Shown here: piece by piece, positions 40,981-51,175 of the stretch
Layout: each line of letters opens with the position of its first letter
Position numbering within the stretch: the stretch's first letter is position 1
From: an uncultured Alistipes sp.
Lineage (GTDB): Bacteria > Bacteroidota > Bacteroidia > Bacteroidales > Rikenellaceae
Assembly: GCA_910583985.1 (NCBI GenBank)
Contig: CAJTYA010000013.1
Coordinates: forward strand, 6,655 to 70,654
Direction: 5' to 3'
DNA: 64,000 nucleotides
The notes under the pieces: model-generated
Seen by the model: the letters and a program-made list of their open reading frames with translations, nothing else
Told to the model about the DNA's origin: nothing
Databases searched by the model: none
Translations under genes and position numbers: made by a program

Positions 40981-41826
40981 ATGCAACGAGACGATGCCGG
41001 ACAATCGGGCCCGATGAAGCTCATCTTCAATTACAACGATGTATTTTACAGTTTCTTCTACGACGACGTGAGCGGATGCGTCCACCGTTCGCGCGAATAT
41101 GCGCTCAACTACGTCTATTCGGGCGAAATGATCCTCGACAACGGGAAAGAGCAAATACACGTCCGCAAAGGAGAGTGCGTCTTCATCCCGCGCGACCATC
41201 ACATCACGATGTACAAAAAGACGTACGAAGGCGAGCGCTATTGCGGCATCTTCCTGATGTTCACGCGCCGGTTCCTGCGTCAGATGTACGGCCGGCGGGA
41301 CCGGCGCCGGATTCCGGCCGACACCCCGAAACTCGACGGCGGCGTCATCAAACTGCCCCGCACGCCGGAACTGACGAGCCTGTTCGCTTCGATGACGCCC
41401 TATTTCGATCCCGATGTCAAGCCGAAGGACGATCTGATGGACCTGAAACTGCAGGAGGGACTGCTCGCGCTGCTGCATATCGACGAGCGTTTCGCCCCGA
41501 CGCTTTTCGACTTCAACGAGCCGTGGAAAATGGACATTCTGGAGTTCCTGAACGAGAACTACATGTACGAACTCTCGATGGAGGAAATCGCGCACTATAC
41601 GGGACGCAGTCTGGCCACGTTCAAGCGCGACTTCAAGAAGATCAGCGACCTGACGCCCGAAAAATGGTTGATCCGCAAACGGCTCGAAGTCGCTTATGCC
41701 AAGATGAAGGAGGGCGGACGGAAAGTGGTGGACGTGTATGCCGAAGTCGGGTTCAAAAATCCGTCGCATTTCTCGACCGCATTCAAAAAACAATACGGCA
41801 TCCCGCCGACCGCCCTGCTCGCCTGA
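40981..41826 (+). CDS. AraC family transcriptional regulator (ExsA-like N-domain)
   Basis: C-terminal IAHYTGRSLATFKRDF...VGFKNPSHFSTAFKKQYG; start either 40981 or 41014. Confidence 0.93.
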   Translation: MQRDDAGQSGPMKLIFNYNDVFYSFFYDDVSGCVHRSREYALNYVYSGEMILDNGKEQIHVRKGECVFIPRDHHITMYKKTYEGERYCGIFLMFTRRFLRQMYGRRDRRRIPADTPKLDGGVIKLPRTPELTSLFASMTPYFDPDVKPKDDLMDLKLQEGLLALLHIDERFAPTLFDFNEPWKMDILEFLNENYMYELSMEEIAHYTGRSLATFKRDFKKISDLTPEKWLIRKRLEVAYAKMKEGGRKVVDVYAEVGFKNPSHFSTAFKKQYGIPPTALLA

Positions 41827-41844
41827 ACCTCCGAAGAAGCGATA

Positions 41845-41911
41845 TGAGCCGTTGAGCAACGATACTCGAGCCCCACAGCAATGCCGCTGCGGGGCTTTCG
41901 CATTACCTTTG
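41845..41911 (+). promoter_or_regulatory. Tandem direct-repeat operator (YGAGCn5RGCAAY x2, 22-bp period) plus -7 box, upstream of the aldo/keto reductase
   Basis: TGAGCCGTTGAGCAAC (41845), CGAGCCCCACAGCAAT (41867), TACCTTTG (41904); same geometry at 43715. Confidence 0.7.
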
Positions 41912-41937
41912 TCCGTAAAGGTACAACCGACCGCTCC

Positions 41938-42894
41938 ATGAAAAAATCGCTTCCGACACCAGCCGCAACGACGGCATCGCCGACAGACGTCCGCCACCGC
42001 ACCGACGGCCCGGCCGAAGCGGGAAAACGGATGTCCGCGCCCACCGGCCGGCACGAAAGCGAAGCCTTCGCTCCGGCGACCGGATCCGACGGCACGCCGC
42101 CCGTCGTCACGCTCGGCAACGGTTATACGATGCCGACGGTGGGGCTGGGCTGTTACAGCCTGCACGGGGAAACGTGCATCTGGGCGATCCTCTCGGCCGT
42201 CGGGCTCGGTTACCGCAAGTTCGACACGGCCGCTTTCTACGGCAACGAAAAAGAGGTCGGCGAAGCCCTCCGCCGGTCGGGCATTCCGCGCCGGAAGCTG
42301 TTCGTCGCCACGAAGCTCTACCCGAACCGATTCGCCGATGCCGAAAATGCCATCGAAGAATCGCTCCGCAAGCTCGACATCGGTTATATCGACCTGATGC
42401 TGCTCCACCATCCCGGAGCGCACGACACGAAAGCCTACAGGGCGATGGAACGGGCCGTCGAGGCCGGAACGATCCGTTCGCTCGGCCTGTCGAACTACTA
42501 CATCGCGGAAACGCGGGAGTTCCTGCCCCGGACGAAGATCGGACCGATACTGGTCCAGAACGAGATCCATCCCTACTACCGGGACAGGGCGGCGAGGGAG
42601 TTCCTGCAACGGAACGGCATCGTCGTCGAAGCATGGTACCCGCTCGGAGGCCGGGGCTACACGGACGCCCTGCTGGGCGACGGCACCGTCAGCCGGATCG
42701 CCCGACGGCACGGCCGGTCGCCGGCTCAGATCGTCCTGCGATGGAACCTTCAGAACGGCGTGGCGGTCGTTCCCGGTTCGAGCGACCCCATCCACCAGAA
42801 AGAGAACATCGCGCTGTTCGACTTCAGCCTGACGCCCGAAGAGATGGCCGCCATAGACGCCCTCGACCGCAACGAAAAACACGACTGGTATTAA
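41938..42894 (+). CDS. Aldo/keto reductase
   Basis: TLGNGYTMPTVGLG, GYRKFDTAAFYGNE, FVATKL, DLMLLHHP, RSLGLSNY, QNEIHPY, AQIVLRW. Start uncertain because of a low-complexity N-terminal extension. Confidence 0.92.
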   Translation: MKKSLPTPAATTASPTDVRHRTDGPAEAGKRMSAPTGRHESEAFAPATGSDGTPPVVTLGNGYTMPTVGLGCYSLHGETCIWAILSAVGLGYRKFDTAAFYGNEKEVGEALRRSGIPRRKLFVATKLYPNRFADAENAIEESLRKLDIGYIDLMLLHHPGAHDTKAYRAMERAVEAGTIRSLGLSNYYIAETREFLPRTKIGPILVQNEIHPYYRDRAAREFLQRNGIVVEAWYPLGGRGYTDALLGDGTVSRIARRHGRSPAQIVLRWNLQNGVAVVPGSSDPIHQKENIALFDFSLTPEEMAAIDALDRNEKHDWY

Positions 42895-42913
42895 CCCTGA
42901 AACATAGCGACTT

Positions 42914-43243
42914 ATGAAAAAAGTAAAGATCACGGTGCTCCGCGCCACCTTCAACGAAGACCTCGCGCGGGAATACGGCATGCCGGGCCTCACGGCCTGC
43001 CCGGCCATGAAAGAAGGACAGGTATTCTACGCCGGAGCGGGCAAGCCCGACGGATTGTGCGACGGGGCGTGGCGCTCCATCCACCAGTATGTGTTCGCAC
43101 TGGCCAACGGCGCCCGGCAGTTCTGGTTCGACGACTGGATTCGTCGGCCGGGCGTGGCGATCGCCTGCTGCAACGACGGACTGCGCCCCGTCTTCTTCAA
43201 GCTGGAAGCGACCGACGAAGAAGCGGAATCGCCCTTCATTTAA
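42914..43243 (+). CDS. TIGR04076 family Cys-rich protein
   Basis: KVKITV, CP..KEGQVF, KPDGLCDGAW, ACCNDGLRPVFFKLE. Confidence 0.85.
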   Translation: MKKVKITVLRATFNEDLAREYGMPGLTACPAMKEGQVFYAGAGKPDGLCDGAWRSIHQYVFALANGARQFWFDDWIRRPGVAIACCNDGLRPVFFKLEATDEEAESPFI

Positions 43244-43714
43244 CCTCCCGGTCCCTCAGAACGATGGAAACCGGCACGACCGCAGGTCGGCCATGACGGA
43301 ACCGGAGAGCCGCGTTGCCGATTCCCGGCGACACGGTCCGTGCGGCCGACCGGATCGTCGCACAGACAAGGCAAAGCCGAACGCGTGTTCCGTGCCCGTC
43401 TCCACAAAAAGCCGCCGAAAGAGGCAAGCGATGGAAGCCGCATCCCGTGCGAACGGACGCGACTTCATCGTCATGCCGAGCGGCAGCGCCCTGCCCGCCG
43501 CCGGAACCGCACATGCCCCCTCCGGACGATCCGAAGAGCCGCATCCGCAGCGAAACGGGTAGGGGACTGCCGTCGCAGCGACCGGGGAGGTCCGCCATAA
43601 CCGTCGGCCGGTCCTCCGAAGAACCGGCCGAAATATCCGGCTCCGGCCAAACGGCGCCCCGAAACAGCCGCTTCCGCCATGCCGGGCGGGCGGACCTTTG
43701 GAAAAACATACGGT

Positions 43715-43781
43715 CGAGCTTCTGGGCAATTCCATTTGAGCCGGACAGCAACATGCGATGTCCCTTATCGCCCTACCTTTG
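43715..43781 (+). promoter_or_regulatory. Second copy of the tandem direct-repeat operator plus -7 box
   Basis: CGAGCTTCTGGGCAAT (43715), TGAGCCGGACAGCAAC (43737), TACCTTTG (43774). Confidence 0.7.
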
Positions 43782-43811
43782 CGACGAACGACAATCTAAA
43801 TCCGAAACACG

Positions 43812-44381
43812 ATGAACGACATTTTCGAAAGAGACCTCAGCGGCGAAACGGTATCGCCCCAAGATCCCGGTTACGACGAATTGATCGGCGACATCTTCGC
43901 CACCATGCGCAAGGCCACGGAAATGAATACGGGCTACCGCACGCCCGAAGAGGTGCACGCATTCATGGCGGAAATTCTCGGCAAGCCGCTGCCTGCGAGC
44001 ACCACCGTACTCCCTCCTTTTTATATCGACTACGGCAAGCCGGTCGACATCGGCGAGGAGTGTTTCATCCAGCAGTGCTGCACCTTCTTCGGACGCGGCG
44101 GCATAACCGTCGGCAACGGCGTATTCATCGGCCCGAAAGTCAACCTGATTACGATCAACCACGACGCGGACCCCGAAAATCGCAGCGCCACCTACGGCAG
44201 GCCGATCGTTATCGAGGACAAGGTGTGGATCGGCATCAATTCCACGATTCTGCCCGGTGTCAGGATCGGCTACGGCGCCATCGTCGGAGCCAACAGCGTC
44301 GTGACGAAAGACGTGCCGCCCATGACGATCGTCGCCGGCAACCCGGCACGCATCGTCAAAAAAATAGAACCCGGAAAATAA
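43812..44381 (+). CDS. Sugar O-acetyltransferase (maltose/galactoside acetyltransferase-like, hexapeptide repeat)
   Basis: PPFYIDYG, IGPKVNLITINH, PIVIEDKVWIG..ILPGVRIG..VVTKDVP..AGNPA. Confidence 0.9.
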   Translation: MNDIFERDLSGETVSPQDPGYDELIGDIFATMRKATEMNTGYRTPEEVHAFMAEILGKPLPASTTVLPPFYIDYGKPVDIGEECFIQQCCTFFGRGGITVGNGVFIGPKVNLITINHDADPENRSATYGRPIVIEDKVWIGINSTILPGVRIGYGAIVGANSVVTKDVPPMTIVAGNPARIVKKIEPGK

Positions 44382-44394
44382 TACGGAAAAAAAG

Positions 44395-45498
44395 ATGAAA
44401 ACGACGAACCTTGCACGCACAGCCCTCGCAGCCTTACTGGGCATGGGTCTGCTGACCGGCTGCACGAACCGAGAAACGAATCGAAAAACAAACGAAGACA
44501 TGGAAACATCGAACCTGACCGAACGATGGGACAAGACGTTCCCGCAGAGCGACAAAGTCGATCACCGCAAAGTGACGTTCAAAAACCGTTACGGCATCAC
44601 CCTCGCCGCCGACCTGTACGCACCCCGAAACGCCGGGGGCCGACTGCCTGCCATCGCCGTCAGCGGTCCGTTCGGTGCCGTCAAGGAACAGGCATCGGGA
44701 CGCTATGCCCAGACGATGGCCGAACGAGGCTTCCTCACGCTCGCCTTCGATCCGTCCTACACCGGCGAGAGCGGCGGAACTCCCCGCTACGTGGCTTCGC
44801 CCGACATCAACACCGAAGACTTCAGCGCGGCGGTGGACTTCCTCTCCACGCTTCCCGACGCGGACCCCGAACGCATAGGCATTATCGGCATCTGCGGTTG
44901 GGGCGGATTCGCGATCAACGCCGCAGCCGTCGATACGCGGATCAAAGCGACGGTCGCCTCCACGATGTACGATATGAGCCGCGTGAGCGCCAACGGTTAC
45001 TTCGACGCGATGGATGCCGACGCCCGTTACGAACTTCGCCGGCAGCTCAACGCCCAGCGCACCCAAGATGCCCGAAACGGTACGAACGAACGTGCCGGCG
45101 GAGTGGCGGACCCGCTTCCGGACGATGCACCGCAGTTCGTCAGGGACTATTACGACTATTACAAGACCGAGCGGGGCTACCATGCACGTTCGCTCAACTC
45201 CAACGACGGATGGAACAGGACCTCCGTCCTCGCGTTCCTCAACGCACCGCTCCTCGCTTATGCCGGCGAAATCCGCAGCGCCGTCCTGCTCGTCCACGGC
45301 GAGAACGCGCATTCGCGCTACTTCAGCGAAGGAGCGTTTGAGAAGCTGACGGGCGACAACAAGGAACTGCTGATCGTTCCCGGCGCCAATCACACCGACC
45401 TCTACGACCGAACGATTCCGTTCGACAAGATCACGACGTTCTTCGAAAAGTACCTGAAGCAGGACGGAACGGCCGCGACGAAAAGTCCGGCACGGTAG
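44395..45498 (+). CDS. Alpha/beta hydrolase (YcjY-like, Cys nucleophile), lipoprotein signal
   Basis: Lipobox LTGC; GPFGAVKEQ, FDPSYTGESGG, GICGWGG, HTDLYD. Confidence 0.88.
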   Translation: MKTTNLARTALAALLGMGLLTGCTNRETNRKTNEDMETSNLTERWDKTFPQSDKVDHRKVTFKNRYGITLAADLYAPRNAGGRLPAIAVSGPFGAVKEQASGRYAQTMAERGFLTLAFDPSYTGESGGTPRYVASPDINTEDFSAAVDFLSTLPDADPERIGIIGICGWGGFAINAAAVDTRIKATVASTMYDMSRVSANGYFDAMDADARYELRRQLNAQRTQDARNGTNERAGGVADPLPDDAPQFVRDYYDYYKTERGYHARSLNSNDGWNRTSVLAFLNAPLLAYAGEIRSAVLLVHGENAHSRYFSEGAFEKLTGDNKELLIVPGANHTDLYDRTIPFDKITTFFEKYLKQDGTAATKSPAR

Positions 45499-45530
45499 CT
45501 CGCATCTGCATCCTGCGACTGCCCCCGACC

Positions 45531-45564
45531 GAATCGAGAAGTTCCGGCCGGAACTTCTCGATTC
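45531..45564. terminator. 34-bp perfect palindrome after the hydrolase gene
   Basis: GAATCGAGAAGTTCCGGCCGGAACTTCTCGATTC. Confidence 0.6.
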
Positions 45565-45944
45565 TCTTCCACAGGCATCGCCCCGCGACGAGTAGAACGG
45601 AACGGCGGCAGAGACACCGCCTCTTCGCTCCCGAACGATGCCTCACGGAAACGTCCCCGGTCGGTTTTCATGCCTTTGCGGTTTCCGAAGAACGGAACGA
45701 TCCCGACAAAAGGCAAGTACGCCGGAAGGCATCGAATCGGCGTCCCCTCATCCGACAGACGGCCGGGCCGCCCTGCCGACTCCATGCCGAAACAATTCCG
45801 AAAGACAAACGGATAAAAACAGGGGAGCCCCGTATACAATCGACATACGAGGCTCCTCGATTTTTTACCCAAAAGCGGATCGGGAAATCCCGTCGACCGG
45901 CATCCGAGCCGAAAAGAAACTCCGGCCCGCGACGACTCCCGATC

Positions 45945-46943
45945 CTATCCCAGATTGGGATTGATCTCGCTCCACTTCCCGACGGGCGGCAGCACGCCGA
46001 GCGATATGACCTCGTCGCGCATGGCGCAAAGATGCTCGTAGCTCTTCTTCAGGGCCGCATGCTCTTCGGGCAGTCCGTCGACGACCTTATACGACACGCC
46101 GTCGCGCGTAATCGACGTTTCCATGGCCATCATGATGTGATTGAATTCGGGCGTCGAGACATACACGCCTGCAGGCCAACGGAACGCGGGCCCTCCCATA
46201 GCGGCAGCGATCATCTCGATGGAAAGGTAGGCCGGACTCTGGAACGACGAACGGCCGCGCAGGTCGATGATGTTCTTGCCGCCCTGGATCACCCGTTGGC
46301 GGATGGCATCCCAATCCTGCTGCGGAATTTCGCGGCCGATCAATTCGGTGAGCGGAGTGCCCTTCACTGTGGTGGTCGATGCGAACACGGCCATCTGCTC
46401 GCCATGCCCTCCGTAAGTGCGGCTGTTGCGGACCTCGTCGGGAGAGATACGGAAATATTTGGCCAGCTCGCTGCGCAGGCGCGTGCTATCCAGTGCGGCC
46501 AGCGTAGTCACCTGCGAAGGTTTCAGACCCGAATAGATCAACGTAATCAGACCGGTGATGTCGGCAGGGTTGAAAACCACCACCACATGCTTCGCATCGG
46601 GACAATAGGTGCGAATGTCCTTGCCGAGCTGTTCGGCAATCTGAGCATTGCCCTTGAGCAGATCCTCGCGCGTCATGCCGGCCTTACGTGCCGCGCCGCC
46701 CGACGAAACGATGTATTTGGCATCGGTCAACGCCTCGGCGATATTCGAGGAAAAGGTAATGTTCGCCCCCTCGAATCCGCAGTGGAACAGCTCCTCGGCC
46801 ACGCCTTCGAGAGCGGGAGCAAAAGGATCGTAGAGACAGATATTGGGCGTAAGGCGCATCATAAGAGCCGTCTGCGCCATATTCGAGCCGATCATGCCGG
46901 CCGCACCGACGATGGTCAGTTTTTCGTTTGTCAAATAAGCCAT
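45945..46943 (-). CDS. mdh: Malate dehydrogenase (Bacteroidales type)
   Basis: IVGAAGMIGS, RKAGMTREDLL, NPAD, LDSTR, GGHGE. Confidence 0.9.
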   Translation of the reverse strand: MAYLTNEKLTIVGAAGMIGSNMAQTALMMRLTPNICLYDPFAPALEGVAEELFHCGFEGANITFSSNIAEALTDAKYIVSSGGAARKAGMTREDLLKGNAQIAEQLGKDIRTYCPDAKHVVVVFNPADITGLITLIYSGLKPSQVTTLAALDSTRLRSELAKYFRISPDEVRNSRTYGGHGEQMAVFASTTTVKGTPLTELIGREIPQQDWDAIRQRVIQGGKNIIDLRGRSSFQSPAYLSIEMIAAAMGGPAFRWPAGVYVSTPEFNHIMMAMETSITRDGVSYKVVDGLPEEHAALKKSYEHLCAMRDEVISLGVLPPVGKWSEINPNLG

Positions 46944-47117
46944 AACTTTCGTTTTTGATATTTATCCTCCCCTGCAAATATAATGCATATTCTTCATCGT
47001 TATCCGAATAACAACACCGTTTTCGAAAAGCGACAGACCGCTGTCCGGCACACGTACTTGCAAGACAAAGAAAAGGGAGTCGCATCTAAATACAACCCCC
47101 TGATTTTCAATTAAAAG

Positions 47118-47190
47118 AGCGGAAAACGAGATTCGAACTCGCGACCCTCAGCTTGGGAAGCTGATGCTCTACCGACTGAGCTATTTCCGC
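47118..47190 (-). tRNA. tRNA-Gly (anticodon CCC)
   Basis: Reverse complement GCGGAAATAGCTCAGTCGGTAGAGCA-TCAGC-TTCCCAA-GCTGA-GGGTC-GCGAGTTCGAATCTCGT-TTTCCGC-T. Confidence 0.96.
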
Positions 47191-47424
47191 GTGATGTGTC
47201 TGCAAATATCGGTTTTTTCTTTTTTCCGACAAAATATTCGTCCCGAAAAAGAATCGGAAAAGACGCACGACACCTTCGGATCGCTTCGAACGGAGACAAA
47301 AACAGTGCGACGGGACGCAACAGCCCACCTTCGGAATCTTTTTCTCGCGAATCGTTTCCGCCCCTTCCGTCCCTACGCCCGCCGTTGCAGGACGAAAGGC
47401 TGCAACGAACGGTCCATCCGCGGA

Positions 47425-49212
47425 TCAATCCATCTTCAGCACGGCGAGGAAAGCCTCCTGCGGCACTTCCACGTTGCCCACCTGCCGCATGCGCTTCTTG
47501 CCCTTCTTCTGTTTTTCGAGCAGTTTGCGCTTGCGGCTGATGTCGCCGCCGTAACATTTGGCCGTCACGTCCTTGCGCACGGCCTTGACCGTCTCGCGGG
47601 CGATGATCTTGGCCCCGATGGCGGCCTGTATCGCGATGTCGAACTGCTGGCGAGGGATCAACTCCTTGAGCTTCTCGCACATCTTCCGCCCGAAATCGTA
47701 GGCATGGTCGATGTAGGTCAACGACGAGAGGGCATCCACCGGCTCGCCGTTGAGCAGGATGTCGAGCTTGGCCAACTTGCTGGGCTTGTAGCCGGTCTGG
47801 TGGTAGTCGAACGAAGCGTAACCGCGCGATATGCTCTTGAGCTTGTCGTAAAAGTCGAAAACGATTTCGGCCAGCGGCATGTCGAAATTGATCTCCACGC
47901 GGTCCTGCGTGACGAAAGTCTGGTTGAGCAGCGTCCCGCGCTTATCGATGCAGAGCTTGATGACGTTGCCCAGATATTCGGTCTTGGTGATGATCTGCGC
48001 CAGAATGTACGGCTCCTCGATCGAGGCGATCAGCGTGGGTTCGGGCAGGCCGGAGGGGTTGTGCACGTCCAGCACGTCGCCTTTGCTCGTATGAACCTTG
48101 TAGGAAACGTTGGGCACCGTCGTGATGACGTCCATGTTGAACTCGCGGTACAGGCGCTCCTGAATGATTTCCATGTGGAGCAAGCCCAGAAAGCCGCAGC
48201 GGAAGCCGAAGCCGAGTGCCAGCGACGATTCGGGCTCGTAGGTCAGCGAGGCGTCGTTCAGGTTCAGTTTTTCGAGCGAGGCGCGCAGGTCCTCGTACTG
48301 GTCGGTCTCGACGGGGTAGAGCCCCGCGAACACCATCGGCTTGACGTCTTCGAATCCGGCGATGGCCTCGCGGCAGGATTCGCGCACGGTGGTGATCGTA
48401 TCGCCCACCTTGACGTCGGCCGACGTCTTGATGCCGGAAATGATGTAGCCCACGTCTCCGGCACGCAACTCCTCGCGAGGGTGCATTTTGAGCTTGAGCA
48501 CGCCGATCTCGTCGGCCGTGTACTCGCTGCCCGTATTGAACAGCTTCACCCGATCGCCCTTGCGCAACACGCCGTTGAATATGCGGTAATAGGCGATGAT
48601 GCCCCGGAAAGGATTGAATACCGAGTCGAAAATCAACGCCTGAAGCGGTGCCTGTTCGTCGCCCTTGGGTGCCGGAATCCGCTCGATGATGGCCGAAAGA
48701 ATATCCTCGACGCCCTGGCCCGTCTTGCCCGAAGCGGCCAGTATGCTGTCCGGGTCGCAGCCGAGCAGATCGACGATCTGGTCTTTCACCTCGTCGATCA
48801 TCGCAGCCTCCATGTCGATCTTGTTCATCACCGGAATGATTTCCAGATCGTGCCCCAATGCCAGATAGAGGTTGGATATGGTCTGCGCCTGAATGCCCTG
48901 CGTGGCATCGACGATCAGCAGCGCCCCTTCGCAGGAAGCGATCGCCCGCGAGACCTCGTAGGAGAAATCGACGTGGCCCGGCGTGTCGATCAGGTTGAGA
49001 ATGTACTTTTCGCCCCGATAGACGTACTCCATCTGGATCGCATGGCTCTTGATGGTGATGCCTTTTTCCCGTTCGAGGTCCATGTCGTCGAGCACCTGCG
49101 CCTGCAATTCCCTTTCGGAAAGGGTTTTCGTCGTTTCCAGCAGGCGGTCGGCGAGCGTGCTCTTGCCGTGGTCTATATGGGCTATGATACAAAAATTGCG
49201 GATATTCTTCAT
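47425..49212 (-). CDS. lepA: Translation elongation factor 4
   Basis: [55 protein letters not shown]. Confidence 0.98.
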   Translation of the reverse strand: MKNIRNFCIIAHIDHGKSTLADRLLETTKTLSERELQAQVLDDMDLEREKGITIKSHAIQMEYVYRGEKYILNLIDTPGHVDFSYEVSRAIASCEGALLIVDATQGIQAQTISNLYLALGHDLEIIPVMNKIDMEAAMIDEVKDQIVDLLGCDPDSILAASGKTGQGVEDILSAIIERIPAPKGDEQAPLQALIFDSVFNPFRGIIAYYRIFNGVLRKGDRVKLFNTGSEYTADEIGVLKLKMHPREELRAGDVGYIISGIKTSADVKVGDTITTVRESCREAIAGFEDVKPMVFAGLYPVETDQYEDLRASLEKLNLNDASLTYEPESSLALGFGFRCGFLGLLHMEIIQERLYREFNMDVITTVPNVSYKVHTSKGDVLDVHNPSGLPEPTLIASIEEPYILAQIITKTEYLGNVIKLCIDKRGTLLNQTFVTQDRVEINFDMPLAEIVFDFYDKLKSISRGYASFDYHQTGYKPSKLAKLDILLNGEPVDALSSLTYIDHAYDFGRKMCEKLKELIPRQQFDIAIQAAIGAKIIARETVKAVRKDVTAKCYGGDISRKRKLLEKQKKGKKRMRQVGNVEVPQEAFLAVLKMD

Positions 49213-49274
49213 ACATTCTTTTTAAAGGTACGCAAAGTTAGTTAATTTTGCGGATTCAGAAAAACAGCCCCTTT

Positions 49275-50147
49275 ATGAATTACACACAGACCGTGGCCCG
49301 CTACGGCTCGCTGGTTAAATTCAGTCATACGATCTTCGCGCTGCCTTTCGCGCTGGTAGGGTATACCTACGCGCTGTGCACGACCGACGCGACGTTCAGC
49401 ACCCTGCTGCTGGTCAAGATTCTGCTGGCGATGGTGCTGGCCCGCAACACGGCGATGGGATTCAACCGCTACGCCGACCGCAAGATCGACGCGCTCAACC
49501 CGCGCACCCGCTCGCGGGAAATTCCCTCCGGGGTCATCTCGCCGCGCAAGGCTCTGATTTTCGTTCTGGTCAATGCCGCGCTGTTCATGGCGGACGCACT
49601 GTGGATCAACCCGCTGGCCTTCTGTCTCTCGCCCGTGGCATTGATCGTGCTGCTCGGCTACAGCCTCACCAAACGTTTCACGGCATGGTGCCACATCGTG
49701 CTCGGCGTGGCATTAGGCATCGCTCCGGTGGGCGCCTACATCGCCGTGACCGGACATTTCGCGCTGTTTCCGATCCTGCTCACCGGACTGGTCGTCACGT
49801 GGTGCGGAGGATTCGACATCGTATATGCCTTGCAGGACATCGAGTTCGACCGCAGCCATGCGCTCCACTCGGTTCCGGCCCGGTTCGGCGTGCGGGGCGG
49901 CATCGCCATCAGCATCCTGCTTCACCTGATTACCGTCTATGCCGTCGTCGTAGCCGGCCTCCACTACGGAGCAGGCACGCTCTACTGGATCGGGACGACG
50001 CTGTTCGTCGGCCTGCTCCTGTTCCAGCACTTGTTCATCACGCCCGCGCACATCGCCCGACTGGGCCGCTCGTTCGGCCTGCTGAACGGTCTGGCGAGCG
50101 TCTGCTACGCGACATTCGCCATCGCCGACATGATCGTCGTCCTTTAG
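49275..50147 (+). CDS. UbiA-family polyprenyltransferase (MqnP-like)
   Basis: KFSHTIFALPFA, FNRYADRKIDALNPRT, YSLTKRFT, FDIVYALQDIEFD. Confidence 0.88.
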   Translation: MNYTQTVARYGSLVKFSHTIFALPFALVGYTYALCTTDATFSTLLLVKILLAMVLARNTAMGFNRYADRKIDALNPRTRSREIPSGVISPRKALIFVLVNAALFMADALWINPLAFCLSPVALIVLLGYSLTKRFTAWCHIVLGVALGIAPVGAYIAVTGHFALFPILLTGLVVTWCGGFDIVYALQDIEFDRSHALHSVPARFGVRGGIAISILLHLITVYAVVVAGLHYGAGTLYWIGTTLFVGLLLFQHLFITPAHIARLGRSFGLLNGLASVCYATFAIADMIVVL

Positions 50148-50280
50148 CGGATTCAGGGGCAGGGCGACGCCTTTTTCTGCGTTCGCCGTCCCCCTCTCGA
50201 AACATACCGCACCGAACGTCGAGCGGGCGGCCGAAATCCCGTCGGCCGCCCGCTTTTTCTCGCTCTCCGTTTTCCGCCTC

Positions 50281-50949
50281 TCAGGCTCCCGCCATGCGCT
50301 TGGCTTCCATCAGGATGGTGAATGCCCGATGGATGTCGTTGTCGCTGATGACGACGGTAAATTCGTTGGTGGTACTGATGACCTCCGTAATGTTGATGTT
50401 ATCCCAAGCCAGTTCCTTGAAAATATAGTAGTATACGCCGGGGCAGATCGTGTTCTCGACCGGCAGCTTGACCGTGATCGACGACAGATCGACCGTCTTG
50501 GCGATGTTGGTTTCCTCGGCGAAAATCTCATCGACCATGCCGGTCATCGAGCTGCTTACCACGAGCGTCGTCTCGTAAATACCCTGCGAGAACGTACAGA
50601 ACACGTCTTTCATCGAACGGACCCGGCCCAGCAGTTGAGCTTGCTTTTCGTAAAGGGTGGGGGAGTTCACGAAAGCATAGTCGGCCAGATTGGAACGGAC
50701 GATGATGTCGCCGATGTTTTCGACCACTTTCTTGAACTTCATCGCCGACATCAGTTCCAGACGCGGCACCAGCCTGTTGAGCGCCATAATCACCGCGCTG
50801 TCGTTGACTTCCTTGCCCACCTTCTTTTCGATTTCGGGTTTGAGCTGCCGGGCCAGCGCCGACAGGTTGATCAGACCCTCCACAAGAGCGCCTTCCAAAA
50901 AAGGTTTCTTCTTGATGACCTCTTCTACTGCGTTCGGAATTGTAAGCAT
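50281..50949 (-). CDS. HTH-ACT domain protein (putative amino-acid-responsive regulator; no kinase domain)
   Basis: N-terminal GLINLSALARQL..SAVIMALNRL (HTH-like); C-terminal ACT PGVYYYIFKELAWDNINITEVISTTNEFTVVI; divergent from lysC. Confidence 0.75.
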   Translation of the reverse strand: MLTIPNAVEEVIKKKPFLEGALVEGLINLSALARQLKPEIEKKVGKEVNDSAVIMALNRLVPRLELMSAMKFKKVVENIGDIIVRSNLADYAFVNSPTLYEKQAQLLGRVRSMKDVFCTFSQGIYETTLVVSSSMTGMVDEIFAEETNIAKTVDLSSITVKLPVENTICPGVYYYIFKELAWDNINITEVISTTNEFTVVISDNDIHRAFTILMEAKRMAGA

Positions 50950-51175
50950 ATAAACGTTATCGGTTAATAATTTTCAGCTTCGGAACCCATCGGGTTACAG
51001 GTTGTATCCGTCACGGTTAAAAAAGAACGGACAACGCCCCGTTCTGTGCAAAATTTGACTCCCGTGTAACTTGTTGCAAAAAAAATAAAAACATCAGACA
51101 AAAACAAACATTTTGACATACTTTTGTGCAAAAGCAAAGTTATTAATCGTTTTTATAACTTATTGATCGTTTTTT

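Noticed and set aside
50950..51175. Lysine riboswitch upstream of lysC
   Set aside because: The spacer is AT-rich, shared with a divergent gene, and lacks the multi-stem L-box structure and an expression-platform terminator.
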